NCBI GenBank assembly: GCA_964016885.1
Contig: OZ024740.1
Span: 425,072,001-425,136,000, forward strand
Origin: Eledone cirrhosa
Taxonomy: Eukaryota
Reading direction: 5' to 3'
DNA: 64,000 nt
Below, piece by piece: positions 25,301-39,797 of this stretch (positions are counted from its first letter, which is position 1; every line of letters starts with the position of its first letter). The translations under genes were made by a program, and so were the position numbers. The notes below the pieces were generated by a model. That model saw only the letters and a program-made list of their open reading frames with translations, had not been told where the DNA came from and did not search any database.

Positions 25301-26852
25301 GTTTATATATGCAGTTAACATAATGGGGGGGGGGGGGACTATTTCGCCATTCTGAAATGAGTTCACCAATTTAATATTACCACGCACACGTAGCTTTCGA
25401 CCTCTAACTGATTTTAACCCTTGCTGTCATTTTAATGACACACACCTATATGCCGACAACTGAACTCTCATTCCACACTGACTTTCTGCAGAAAGTCAGT
25501 GTTAACACCTTAAGCAATCTTAACACCTTAAGCTAGCCCACCACTACACACTCTCTCTTTACTAATGACGAAAGCACATCTAAATACAAACAATCCGCAG
25601 CAAATGTAAGGTCTCAAAATCTCGGGTCTCCCATGTTGACCACACATATATTAATATAATATTAAAAGAATAGGCTTCCTGGTGAAGAACATGAAAACCT
25701 TTCAATCCTGATCAGTTATTGACCATTTGTAAAATGTAACCTACATTAAAACACAAACAAACAAATCTCTTTATATATCGAGAACAATGATGCTATTACG
25801 AACATCCTATATGACATCAAAATAAACGCCATTGACAAAATTCACTCACAAACGACCTTTTCTGATAAACTGACCACAAGGTCGCTCTTCGTTTCTTCCC
25901 CACCTCACTATTTTTCTATTTGCCTGCCCATCTATACACATACCTATCTGCTCGGCTGCCTGTCTATCTACACAATTTCCCTCTCTGCATCTGTCTGTCT
26001 AGGCGTTGTCACCCTATCTATCTATAACTCAATCTATCTATTTATCTATCTATCTATCTATCAGCTTGTCCGTCTGTTTATCTACCCGTTGTTATCATCT
26101 GTACCAACGTATCTCTAAAACTCCTATATTCTTGCATGTGCACACCATTTGTCGCAAGCCACTCCCTATTCCTATCCAACTCCAAAATTTCTAATTACGA
26201 CGTTATAAAGAATATATTACGAGGGTTAACAAGTTGTCTTAACACATCTGATACAATAGTTCACACTTATTTACTAATAACACTGATCAATTTTGAAGTG
26301 ATGATTTCAATTTTGGCATCCATTTTCCTCCTAACACATCAGGTTTTCATGTTTGTCTTTCGCTCAACTATCCCATAAACACAGGAAACACGGATATTTG
26401 TATGTCCTCCTTGTTGGCCATGGGAAAATTTTACGGGATAGAAGAAAAATATTGTCATTTTAAAAGTCAGCGGCCACGAATTACTCAAGAAGAGGTCTCA
26501 AACTTAGGTCAGCAGAAAAAAAAGCAAAATTTTGTTGACCAGTGTTATTAATACATCAATACAATAACACGTTCAGAACTCTACAACAAACCATTTTTTC
26601 TCGTAAGTGTTAAAACTTCCTCCTAGAAACTTTGGGTCTTATATTAGAAACAATATTTCTCTCCATAATTCAACCTTCACGTTCCTGTAATATTTCATTT
26701 GAGAAACGAAAGAAAACACTAGAGCAGGCAAGATAAATATCAATTATAAGAGCTTAACCCAACCTTGTCTTGGTTCCACCCTTATCATTTGAAAGGACGA
26801 ACAAGGTTACGAACCATACCCCTTCCTTTCCGGACGTCTAATAACGGCTTCT

Positions 26853-26895
<43 letters not shown>

Positions 26896-27079
26896 TTATT
26901 TATATATATATTTATATATATATATATATATATATATACATACATATATTCATACATATATGCATACATACCTAAATAAATACATACAAATCTACATATA
27001 CACACACACATACATACATACATATATACACACATACATACATGCAAACATACATATATACATACATAAACACATCCAT

Positions 27080-27132
<53 letters not shown>

Positions 27133-27236
27133 CATATGTCATTTACGCATGAATTCATCTATAATCCATACGTGTATTCACATAAACACACGTATACACA
27201 GATACACACGCGCGTGCACAGCCAGGTGTATGTATG

Positions 27237-27267
<31 letters not shown>

Positions 27268-27569
27268 GTAGTATATGTGCTAGTATACAGATGTATTATA
27301 CAACCGCTCTCAGCCAGTGTGTATACAGACGTCCCATCATAGTATTGCTCACATAGAGCTACCAAGAAACGTCTTACTGTTTAGTAAAATCACTTTTCTA
27401 TGAATTTATCTCAAAGAATACATAAATATTTATAGATGCATTTCAAATAAAAAGCGTGCGTCGACACACATACATATGTAAATTATATACACGCTTATGA
27501 TTATTTATATAAGCAAATATATGTATGTATATATATGTATATATCTATATATCTATATATATATATCTA

Positions 27570-27666
<97 letters not shown>

Positions 27667-27773
27667 ACATAAATGCATAGAATGACATTTATGTGTATGT
27701 GTATATATATATATATTTATATATATTGTATGTGTGTTAATAAACGCACATACACGCATACATATACATATAC

Positions 27774-27837
<64 letters not shown>

Positions 27838-28700
27838 TGACAGAGAAGGGGAAGGAGAGAGAGAGGTTGGTCGTAGTGAAACATAGATACATAAGACAGT
27901 TGTGACAATGACCGAAAAATATATATGTATACACATAAATTTTTCAACTCGTAAATATGCATTTTCGTTGATAAATTTAGACAGGAAGTGCCAACAGAAG
28001 TTCTTTTTCGATGTACAATAATTCAGTTGGGAGTCTGTTAACAATCAGTTATCAAAAGAACAGAGAAAATAACCCTGACTTGTCTTTGTCAAATATTACA
28101 CAATCTTCCCTGACATTACATATTGGAGAGGTCATTGGTGCCAAGCGAATTGGACATTCGTCATTGGAATCAAGTTCAATCCGGAGAGAAAGCAACAGAG
28201 AAGACCAGAGATAGTTACGTTTACCGTTACTCTGTGTGATGCCAAACATTTTGAGATATGAGCTACTGTTGAATATTCATATTCGCAGCGAGCCATATAA
28301 GTTATTGGTTTGTGTCGTAGGTGGGTGACATTTGGTCGCCAGGCAACATAAAGTTATCCTAGTCAAGCAAGAGTTTCGACCGCTTCATTCCGTTTCGCCC
28401 GTCTTACTTTTCGAATGATTAACAGAGACAAGCGAAAGAAAACAAACAATTTTTTTTTTCAGTTCAATAAAGTTTTATGTATGTATATTAGACAGAGTTT
28501 TGTGAAATGGTATTATGGTATTTCCAATCCACAGAAAAGGAAAATGTGTGTCTATGTAGGTATGTTTGTATGGGCCCAGCACTATGTATAACAATATATA
28601 TATATATATATTGAAGAATAAGTATTCATAATGGGTTTTTACAACAATTTATTCGAACATTTTCTATTACAAATGTTTTGAATGGGTCTGAATACTATGG

Positions 28701-28750
<50 letters not shown>

Positions 28751-29643
28751 TATTATTTACACACACACACACGCGCGCACGCACACACACACACGCATAT
28801 ATATATATTTACAAACACACGCACACATATTTATATATATATATATGCGTAAATTTATGCATGTATGTATGTGTATGCATGTATGTGAGTGTGTGTGTGT
28901 GTCGATATTTCGTTTTTGAATTTGTTTTGCAAATTACTTGATGTGGAATCGTGTTTCAACAGATATTGTTGTATCATTGGAGGATCATATCGTCAATCAA
29001 AAGCTCACAGACTTAATGATAGTTTTTTACACGCGTTTCATTAATCAATTAGATAATTAGTTCATTAATAAGTTGATTTAATTCCTCCATCAAAGTTCTT
29101 TTGCCACAACTTGTGACCTCATATGCCCTTATCCACTTCCTCCTCATTCACACAGTCTGTTGTATGTTCTCCTTTCATGTCGTTATGTGCTGGAAAGGAA
29201 GGCGGTTCTTTCCAAAACTAAGACAGGCGAAAGAGATCGAAACGGAACGATTGAAACACTTGCATAAGATTATTTCATGTTGCCTAGCGACCAAATGAAA
29301 TCACTTACATAGCAAACTTATGTGGGCCACTGAGAATATGAATAATAAACACTAGTTTATATATCCTTTCATGTGAAATGAACCCCTTTCATTAGTTCCT
29401 TTCACAAGTTCTGCTCATTGTATTTCAGTTTTAATATGTAGTGTACATGTAAGAGTAGGCTTACCCCACACGGGCGGGAGTTGTGTGGCTTCGGGTTGTG
29501 TGGAGATTTATTTATTTATTTACATACTTATTCATTTATTTTTTGTTTGTGTTTTTGGTACCAATTCTCTCTCTCTCTTTTTCTCTCTCTCTCTCTATCC
29601 CCCCCTTCTCTCTCTCTCTCACTATATATATATATGTGTTTAA

Positions 29644-29679
<36 letters not shown>

Positions 29680-29914
29680 AAATATATATATATATGTATG
29701 TGTAAATATATATATATATGTATGTGTAAATATATATATATATATGTATGTGTAAATATATATATATATATATATCACCATCGTTTAACGTCCATCTTCC
29801 ACGCTTGCAATATATATATATATATAATGAAAAATTGAACGGGAACAAAACAGAGAGGCAGTACAACAAATGTTTATTAATTTCACGCTCTTGAGAGTAG
29901 GATGGTGGTGGGGA

Positions 29915-29946
29915 ACGACGTTTCGGGCATAAGCCCTTCTTCAGGT
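29915..29946 (-). ncRNA. minimal type I hammerhead of the Neptune pLTR
   Basis: Minus strand: AC CTGAAGA A GGGC TTAT GCCC GAAA CG TC GT. Palindromic stem III ACGT, very short stem I. Confidence 0.8.
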
Positions 29947-31404
29947 GAAAAGTGTGTGGGAAGAGAGTTCAAAGGGTGTGTAGGGGAGTGGTGGAGAGAC
30001 ATATAGCAAAAAGGGATGAGAGGAAACGGTGCAAATGAAATTAAAAATAAAGTCATGATCAAAATAAAATTAAAACAGGTGGTGGAAGGCTGTGGGGCGT
30101 GTAGGGGTGGTGGTGGGTGGAGTGGGGAGAGGGAGACGGGATGTCCGAGCGGGGAGGGCTGAAGGTGGTGTGTGTGTGTAGGTGTACGTGTGTGTGTATG
30201 TGAAAGCAAGGGTTGGGGGAAGAACGGGGTTGCATGTTCAGGAAGAGGTGTGTGTGGGGTGTAGGTCGGAGTGTGTGTGCGTGTGTGGATAGAGGGGTGG
30301 GGGAGAGGAATCCGGAGGCTGAATGTGTAAATATGTGGTGGTACGCACGTGTGTGTGTGGTGTTTAAGCGTGTTGTGGGTGTAGGTGGCGTGTGGCAAAA
30401 CATTTTTTTTGGGGTGTGTGTGGGTGAGTCATAAAGGTGATTCCGTAAGAGGATGTGGTGGGATGCTTAGTAAAATCCTTGAATGTGGTTGATTCCGGGA
30501 TCAAGGTTCACATATGTGTAATCCGTGAAGAGATTGGTCGGAAGAGGGGAGATGTGGGGTGCACGCGCAACAGGAAGTGGTCAAGGCAGGAGGAGTGTGG
30601 TGTGTCTGTGGTCAGAGGGCATAGCAGCAGTAGGGTAAAATGGTGAGTGAAGGTGTGTTGTGTGTGTGTGTGCGGGGAGGTGGTCAGAGGGCATAGCAGC
30701 AGTAGAGTAGAATGGTAAGGGGGAGAGGATGGGTAGGTGTGAAAGTTGGAGTGAGGAGGGGGGGTGTATTAGTAGAGGTGTTAGTGGGATGAGTGAGTGT
30801 TTGAGAAAGGGTGTGGGTGGAGCGGGGAGAGGAGGGTGTGGGGGTCGATGGAAGGAGTGTGGTGTACTGGTGTGTGTGTTTGGTGAAGGGGGTGTTAGTG
30901 GGTGTTAGTATACAGGAGGTGGAGAAAGGGTTGAATGCGTGTGTGAGTGGGGGTCAGTGGTGGTAGGGTGTGTAGAGTGGGTGGTGTAAGAGGGTGTGTG
31001 TGTACGTGTGCGTAGGGTTGGGGGTGTTAGTGATGTTAGTTGCGTGTAGGGTGGGTGGTGTAAGTGGGTGTGTGTGTTCGTGTGCTTGGGGTCAGGGGGT
31101 GTTAGTGATGTTAGTTGCGGGGTGGTGGGGTGGATGTGTGGGGGTGAGGGTTAGTGGTGGTAGTAGGGTGTGTGTTTAGTGTGATCGCGTGTATATATGT
31201 GCCGGTGGGTGTGTGCGTGTGATAAGGAGGAGGGAGAAGAAGGGAGGGATGTTAGTATGTTAGTTGGGGAAGGGTGGTCGGATGTGGGGTGGAGTGGAGG
31301 TGTTAGTATTGTTAGTTGTGGGGTGGGCGGTGAAAAGGAGGGGTGTGTTAGTGGTGTTAGTGGGGGATATGTGTGGGTGGAGGGGGGCGGTTGAAGGCTA
31401 AAGG

Positions 31405-33300
31405 AATAAGGGTGGGGAGTTCAGGCCGAGGGGAGTGTGGGTCTGTAAGATGAAGATAGTTCGTTGTTCAACTCTTAGGAGATTGGCGGGTGTTCCGTGG
31501 CATTGGAGTAGGCCACAGACTGTGAGATGGTGTGCGGAATGTCCAGGGGCACCAAAGTGGCGGGCGATGGGGGAACTACCACCGAGACGAATATCCCGGA
31601 GGTGCTCAGTAAATCTGTCCGTCAGGCGACGTCCAGTCTGTCCGACGTAGACTAGGTTGGAGGTGGTGCAGCGGAAGGCATGCCGGACAGAGAGAGAGTG
31701 GCCGTTGGGACCCTGAAAGGTGGTGGTGTTGGTGATGTGGGGACAGGTGTTGCAGCGGGGCCTAGAACAGGGAAAGGAACCGGGGGGGGGGTTAGGGGGT
31801 AGGGAGCTGTGGACGAGGAGGGTGCGGAGATTGCGTGCGCGTTTGAAGGAGGGGAGAGGTGGGGCTGGGAAGATGTGGGAGGTGGAGGGGTCGGACTGGA
31901 GGCGTCGGAAGAGGCGGACGATGGTGCGGTGGAGGGGTATGGTGGAGGGGTGGTAGGTGATGGAGAAGAGGTAGAGTCGAGGTAAGAGTGGGAGTCGGTG
32001 GGTTTGAAGAAGGCGGAGGTGACGAGGGAGTGGTGGGAGGGGTTGAAGGCGACGGAGATGTCTAAGAAGTGGACGTGGGTGGTGGAGATAGAGGTGGTGA
32101 AGTGGAGGGAGGGGTGGAAGGAGCAGAAGAAGGAGAGAAAGGAGTCGAGCTGTTCTCGGGTGAGGGTCGTGGCTCCGATACAGTCGTCGATGTAACGACC
32201 GTACAGTTCGGGCGTGGGGCCGGTGTACTGGGCAAAGATTTGGGCCTCAGCATGGCCAACAAAAAGGTTGGCATAGTTTGGGCCCATTCTTGTACCCATG
32301 GCTACCCCCGTGACCTGTTGGTAAAACTCACCCGAGAAGGAGAAACAATTGAGGGTGAGGACCAGCTCGGCGAGGCGAAGGAGGGTGGAGGGAATGGGGG
32401 AGGGGCGAAGGTCGAGGTAGTGTTTGAGGGCGCGTAGGCCGTCGGCCTGGGGGATGACGGTATAGAGGGACTTGATGTCTAGAGTGAAGAGGAAGGGCTG
32501 TGGGCCGGGTGGGTAGGTGAATGAGTCGAAAAGGCGCAGGGCGTGGTTGGTGTCGGAGATGTGGGGGGGGGGGGTGACAAGGGGGGCGAGGAGGGAGTCG
32601 AGAAAGGTGGAGATTAGTTCGGTGGGGCAGTTGCAAGCGGAGATGATGGGGCGGCCGGGGTTGTCGGGTTTGTGGAGTTTGGGGAGGAAGTAGATGGTGG
32701 GGGTGCGAAGGGTGCGGACGATGAGGTGGGAAGCGGTGGGGGGGGGGAGACAGGTGTCGGATGGTGGAGGAAACTTGTTGTTGGTAGAGGGGTGTGGGAT
32801 CGGAGGGTAGAGGGCGGTAGAAGAGGGGTTACGGAGCTGCCTGAGGGCTTCGGCGTGTACAGGTCCGCGCGCCACACCACCACAGCGCCTCCCTTGTCCG
32901 CCGGTTTGATGACGATGTCATCTCGGCTACGGAGGGAGCGGAGAGCGAGGAGTTCGCCCCGTGAGATATTATTCCGTTTGCAACGGTGGCGGAAGTCGAA
33001 ACGATTTACGGCGCTACGGCTGGCATCGACGAACGCGTCCAGGGTGCTAAATTGCCCTGGGGCCGGTGCCCAAGAAGATGGTCGTCGGCCCAGGGCGAGA
33101 AACGGGTCTGGGGCGTCCGGAGCCGGTGGCGTTCGGCCGAAATGTGCCTGTAGCTTCGTGCGTCGCACGAATCGCTCGACTTCTGTTCGGGTGCGGAACT
33201 CGTCGCTGTGCGGAGTGTGGGGTATGAAGCGAAGGCCTCTACTAAGGAGTGAGCGCTCAGGTGCGGAGAGGGCGAGGTCAGGGGTATGGTGACAACAAGT
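31405..33300 (-). pseudogene. Penelope RT-GIY-YIG polyprotein, frameshifted or deleted
   Basis: LSRGLRF, IVIKPADKGGAVVVW, YFLPKLHK..PGRPIIS, TLDIKSLYT, GVAMGTRMGPNYANLF, RYIDD, FLD, FKPTDSHSYL, CSRPRCNTC, YVGQTGRRLTDRFTEH, GLN. Confidence 0.93.
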
Positions 33301-33307
33301 GGTGGGG

Positions 33308-33338
<31 letters not shown>

Positions 33339-33469
33339 GTACAGTATAAATAAATATGGGACACACTAACCCGCATTCGCCAACCAATGTTCACTCACGC
33401 CTACACACACCTACACACACATACACACACATACACATTTGCTGATAAATCTATATCCTGTTGTTTCTC

Positions 33470-34155
33470 TGTGGCGGCGGTGATGGTGGTGTTGGCGGTG
33501 GTGGCGGTGGTGGTGGCGGTGGTGTTGGCGGTGATGTTGATGGTGGTAGCGGTGGTGACGTAGCGGTGGTGGCGGTCGTGTTGGCGGTGGTGTTGATGGT
33601 GGTAGCGGTGGTGACGTGGCGGTGGTGGCGGTGGTGGCGGTGGTGTTGATGGTGGAAGCGGTGGTGGTGGTGGTGGCGGTGGTGGAGGTGGTGGTGGTGG
33701 TGGCGGTGGTGGCGGTAGTGGTGGTGTTGGCGGTGGTGTTGATGGTGGTTGCGGTGGTGACGTGGCGGTGGTGGCGGTGGTGTTGATGGTGGTAGCGGTG
33801 GTGGTGGTGGTGGTGGCGGTGGTGTTGATGGTGGTTGCGGTGGTGACGTGGCGGTGGTGGCGGTGGTGTTGATGGTGGTAGCGGTGGTGGTGGTGGTGGT
33901 GGCGGTGGTGTTGATGGTGGAAGCGGTGGTGGTGGTGGCGGTGATGGCGGTGGTGGTGGTGGTGGCGGTGGTGGCGGTAGTGGTGGTGTTGGCGGTGGTG
34001 TTGATGGTGGTTGCGGTGGTGACGTGGCGGTGGTGGCGGTGGTGTTGATGGTGGAAGCGGTGGTGGTGGTGGCGGTGGTGTTGATGGTGGTTGCGGTGGT
34101 GACGTGGCGGTGGTGGCGGTGGTGTTGATGGTGGTAGCGATGGTGGTGGTAGTGG
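33470..34155. repeat. (GGT/GGC)n-based compound minisatellite
   Basis: Directly visible. Confidence 0.95.
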
Positions 34156-34184
34156 TTGTGCTGTTGTTGTTTTTCTGTTATAAG

Positions 34185-34345
34185 TAGGCCCTTTTAATCT
34201 TCTGAGTTCAAATCCCGCAGGGATTAGCTTTACCTTTCATCTTTACAGAGACAATAAAATAAAGTACCAGTAACACACTGGGGTCGATTGAATCGACTTT
34301 CCCCTTATCCGCCACCCAAATTGCTGGCCATGTGCCTAAATAAAA
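34185..34345 (+). mobile_element. Meta-like SINE
   Basis: ctgagttcaaatcccg..ctttcatc..aaaataaagtaccagtaa. Confidence 0.75.
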
Positions 34346-34759
34346 AAAACAGCATTGTTTCACCATACATATATTTGTCCTGATAGAGCACTGGCGTAGA
34401 TTGCATGTCTTTGAATTCCTGCGAGTCTTCTTTTATCTTTCACTACAGACCGTTTCACCTCTGTAAATTGTAGAAGTATTCTTAGATTGTTGCTCTGTGC
34501 ATCATAGATTGTACACTGCGTCTTTTCTGTTAGTCGCTAGGATGAGTCCTTCACAGTTAAATAGCATTAGAAATATTTTATTTTTGGCGGGCGAAGAGAT
34601 TGTTTTATTTTTGCTCTGGTCTCGCAGTGTCTAGACTCAAGAGTTTACATTTTTAACCTTTTGTGTGTATATTTCTAATTCCCACGAAAAATAGAATTTG
34701 ATTTCCGTTCCTCTTTCCAGTCTACCACACAAGGGATTCGTCAAATACAACGACTTTCG

Positions 34760-34880
34760 GTTATAAACACAGTATAAGATGTTTTAAAACCCTAATAGAT
34801 ATTTAGATGTTCCAAGTTGTAAAGGTGATATCAGGTTAACCAAGAACACCTTTACAACTAGATACATGCAGCATGCCCAT
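34760..34880 (+). pseudogene. possible decayed GIY-YIG (Penelope) fragment
   Basis: CKGDIRLTKNTFTTRYMQH resembles YIGxTxxxFxxRYxxH. A degenerate HHR lies about 500 bp downstream. Confidence 0.3.
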
Positions 34881-35578
34881 CCAATTTGACCCAGGAGTGA
34901 GAGCTGTGTTACAATACTTTCAAAACTCAATTTGTTTGTGAATGACAAGCGACACAAAACTCGCACAATGAAAAGTGATATTGCTGTAAAAGGAAAGTCA
35001 TACAAAAAACAGTTTTGTTATGGCTATTCTAAGATCTAATATAGCTGTGATTATATCATAGCTATATTAGAGGCCGTGTGAGAACGTCAAACACGAATGT
35101 TTCAGCATTTTTGTACATCATTAGTGGCGTATACTCATCCGATTCTGAGACAAGAATAAACTACAGCTTACACATATTTGACGAATAAAACATCTGTTAG
35201 TTATGATCATTTACATATAATGCCAACTTGAGAGACTGGCAGTAATTACCAGTGGTATTAACATAGTTTGATTCATAATACAGGTGTATCTGAAACCATA
35301 TACAATACGTTTATTTATAATGAGTTTCACTATGGTTATTTTAAGTTCTGATCATGTTACAAATACTTTGATAACAAGTGGATATCTGTCACTGATGAGG
35401 GATCAAAATATTAATACACAAATGTCACGTCTTCTCAAACAGCGACGGAGGTAGCTGTGACATGATCACAGCTTAAAACGTATATTATACGCTTCTGAAC
35501 ACATCTATTTTTAATCACACTGTGTTTGCGCTACCGCTAATTAATAAAGACACACATACACACGCTCTCCTATATACA

Positions 35579-35682
35579 CAGGGTGTCCCCCCAAAATGTA
35601 ATCACATCGAATTGTTTCTAACTCAATAAAGAGTGCAATTATTGTTATTTGAATGGTGTGTAGAGTTTTGGGGGACACCCTG
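35579..35682. mobile_element. Tc1/mariner-type MITE (104 bp)
   Basis: TIRs cagggtgtccccccaaaa / ttttgggggacaccctg, followed by TA. Confidence 0.75.
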
Positions 35683-35695
35683 TAGACACCCGCGA

Positions 35696-35745
<50 letters not shown>

Positions 35746-35749
<4 letters not shown>

Positions 35750-36442
35750 ATGTTTAACCCCGACGGCAGAGCTCAAGCCCTTTCGACGGCTATTTCTGGA
35801 CTAAATTAGAATTTTTAGCGTGGTAATAAATAGCCGAACTTTTCAAGGGGTAATTCCTTATATGGGTAGATTGTAGTTGTCAAAAGGATTGGTCAAAATT
35901 TCTTGTAAACACAATTAAATCTTTCATGGCAGTAGGTGGGAGGTGGTGGTGGCTGAACTTACCTGTAGAACAATGAGGGAGTGGGTGGAGCCGGTCAAGC
36001 GTTGAAAGTGAATTCTATACAGCAAATTCTAAGGAGTGTGTATGAAATTAGGCTAGCTAGAAAGCAGGCGAAAAAGGATTCTGGAGTAATTAGAGAGTGG
36101 GACGTTATAGAATTGGTTAATAAATTGAGATAAATTGTTCTACAGGTAAGTTCAGCCACCCCCAACTCCCACCCACTGCTATGAAAGATTTAATTGTGTT
36201 TACAAGAAATTTTGATAAATCCCTTTGACAACTACAATCTTCCCATATAAGGAATTACCCCTTGAAAAGTTCGGCTATTTATTACCACGCTAAAAATTCT
36301 AATTTAGTCCAGAAATAGCCGTCGAAACGGCTTGAGCTCTGCCGTCGGGGTTAAACATTTTCCTATTACCCACTCTACTACCCTAAGTATTGAGTACTCT
36401 GGTGTGTTATGGTCCATCTGGTTCCTTACCACACCTCCTTCG
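35746..36442. mobile_element. family D fold-back, long version (about 228-bp arms, 160-bp spacer, 3' tail)
   Basis: 35746-35973 is the reverse complement of 36134-36362. (TA)n on both sides. Confidence 0.92.
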
Positions 36443-36651
36443 CTTTATATATATATTTATATATATATATATATTTATTCAGGTTTGAGGTTGACCACTG
36501 TATAGAGCTGGTCTATTCCGTATGGTCAATCGTAATGTAATAATATAGAGAGTACTCAACGTAAAGCAGTTCAACCGTCTTTGTTTTTGTAGTTGGTGGT
36601 GCTATTACGGAGTTAAATATTATAATGAAATGACAGGAGGCTGGATTTGTG

Positions 36652-36774
<123 letters not shown>

Positions 36775-36832
36775 TATATATATATATGTAAGAATATTTT
36801 CGAAACAGCGAGTGGGTTTGAAATTATTAGAA

Positions 36833-36993
36833 ATGTAAGCTATCGCCGTATTTTGACTAAAGAAATTAAAGAAATTATTTAGCCTGATAGTGGGGTTACT
36901 CATCTTTTTCCATTTCTCCGAGGGTTCTTAACCCCACTATCAAGCTAAATAAATTCTTTAATTTCTTTAGTCAAAATACGGCGATAGCTTACA
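36833..36993. repeat. perfect-to-near-perfect hairpin, about 66-bp arms
   Basis: atgtaagctatcgccgtattttgactaaagaaatt..ggggtta / taacccc..aatttctttagtcaaaatacggcgatagcttacat. Confidence 0.93.
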
Positions 36994-37040
36994 TATATAT
37001 GTATATATATATATATATATATACGTACTTTTATATATAT

Positions 37041-37282
37041 ACGTGGTTTTGTCTTTGCGCGTAATTGTTTTCACCGCTCCAAATAATGACGTATTATCTT
37101 CGTCTTTTTCCGTTCTTTGCCAGGGAACGTTTCCACGAACCAAAGTATCGTCTTCCTGTCTTCCTTCGGTTGCAACGTTTATCGAAATATTTACTTCTGC
37201 GTTCACAGATTGATTTTTTTAGTTTCAGAAGATCCTGTTATGGATGAAAGCAGCGATCCTTTGCTTAAACTTTAATCTGTTA

Positions 37283-37290
<8 letters not shown>
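37041..37290 (+). mobile_element. solo family A pLTR fragment between (TA)n tracts
   Basis: Matches 977-1230. Confidence 0.85.
37206..37279 (+). ncRNA. family A hammerhead-like motif (CAGAAGA)
   Basis: AGTTT CAGAAGA TCC tgttat GGA T GAAA GCA..TGC TT AAACT. Confidence 0.6.
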
Positions 37291-37325
<35 letters not shown>

Positions 37326-37573
37326 TAATGTCTGTATACCTCAGTAAAAATGCGTTGTATCACCTGCTCCACAATCAATATTATCATTATTTGATTGGTA
37401 TGAATAGTATTTAAAATCGAGAGTCACAACACTATTGCAGATAGCGATTTTAAGACGCATCCAACCACATGTTAGCCAATGAAACATATGTTAATACTTG
37501 GAATAAACCCTATTTCATAGCTTATCCGCGTTATTCTTCATTCTTTCGTTATATATATATATATATATATATA

Positions 37574-37765
37574 TAGGAGTAAGTAAGACCCCGACGGCTG
37601 AGCTCAAGCCGTTTCGACGGCTAATTCTGTACAGAATTAGCCGTCGAAACGGCTTGAGCTCAGCCGTCGGGGTCTTACTTACTCCTATTACCCACTCTAC
37701 TACCCTAAGTATTGAGTACTTTGGTGCGTTATGGTCCACCTGGTTCCTTACCACTTTTCCTTCGC
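37574..37765. mobile_element. family D copy with a perfect loopless palindrome and tail
   Basis: Centre aattctgtacagaatt, about 57-bp perfect arms. (TA)n on both sides. Confidence 0.92.
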
Positions 37766-37873
<108 letters not shown>

Positions 37874-37964
37874 AAAATTAAATTAAAATTAAGGGTTGTC
37901 ATGTCTTAGAGACATGCGCCATATCAAGCGTAGAATAAGCTCAAAGATTAGATCCGAGCATTAC

Positions 37965-38673
<709 letters not shown>

Positions 38674-39216
38674 TTGAAAAGGGAAGTAAGGTTCTATACA
38701 AAACAGTGGTCATAGAGAAAAGGTGAAATTAGAAATAGCACGGAAAATATATTTAAGGATCTGTCTTTTCCTTTTCCTGTCTTTGATTCGTCAAAGTGAC
38801 ATTATTGAAAAAACTAGAGGAACAATCCTTTTAAAAAAGAGTTTTATAATGTATATAAAGTATATAAAGTATTACCGGTTTCGATGTATTAGTAAAATCC
38901 ATCTTATCGAATGTTGAGTATTACAATTAAAAAGAATTAAATATTTATAATTATTATGAGATTTATAATTATATAATAAAAATTAAAGATTTATAATTAA
39001 GTGTTGAGGCAATTCTTTTTCATCATCCTTGTTGAGAAGGAGACTGGAAAAAATATGTATGTATATATATATATATTCACATATATATATATAAATGTAA
39101 TCTGAGTTTTAATAACAACATTCGATTCGTTTGCAATTATGCAAACAAACCTCATTTTTAAAGCCATGTCAGTAGAATGAGCCCTTAATTCTTGCTCTTG
39201 TGTTGGCATGTAAACA

Positions 39217-39266
39217 GAACTGCAGACACTAATGTTTCTGAGTATCACCCTTCATCAGTACAGCTC
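39217..39266 (-). ncRNA. type I hammerhead, canonical core, GUC site
   Basis: Minus strand: GAGCTGTA CTGATGA A GGGT gat ACTC A GAAA CAT ta GTG TC TGCAGTTC. Confidence 0.85.
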
Positions 39267-39715
39267 AATGTTCACCTGCCAACTGTCAGAGCTAGTAAAA
39301 ATATTAGGTATTTTCTAAAATATATAGTGACTGATCGGCCTGATTTGCATATTAGCAGACTGGCTGATATATACATATATACATATATATACATATATAC
39401 ATATATATATACATATGAACTAAAGAAAATTAACAAAGAGTGGACAAGGCAACGAAAGGAAACAAAGCAAAACTAAACAATTTTTAAGGGGAAACTACAG
39501 AAAATTTAGTTTTTAAAAATAAAAATACAAACGAAGGACACCTCCAGTCGTTGAGATGGACTTTGGCAGTTTCGACCAACGGTACGGCTGGTCCACACCA
39601 CAAACCAAACGCTGTGCAGTGGAGTAAGAGACGAGAGACAAAACAGTCTATTCTCAGCTAAGTTCCCAGGCAATGCGTGGACACAAGGAACTCATATGAA
39701 AATAATTCAGAATAG

Positions 39716-39797
39716 ACTCCCTGATGACGTAAGGATTTCTCTATGGTTGCGTTGCGTAACTATATTTATTCCCTTACAGAAACTAATTAGTTGGAGT
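39716..39797 (+). ncRNA. type I hammerhead, copy 1
   Basis: ACTCC CTGATGA C GTAAGG..CCTTAC A GAAA CTAATTAG TT GGAGT. Confidence 0.85.

Larger units (their letters stand above)
29829..33307 (-). mobile_element. 5'-truncated Neptune-type Penelope-like retroelement inserted in (TA)n
   Basis: RT, Zn-finger linker and GIY-YIG, long C-rich 3' UTR, terminal HHR and AATAAA. (TA)n at both ends. Confidence 0.93.

Noticed and set aside
28011-28450. unique-looking segment as a coding exon or promoter (also 21330-21521)
   Set aside because: Short ORFs with no recognisable motifs or convincing splice-site pairs.
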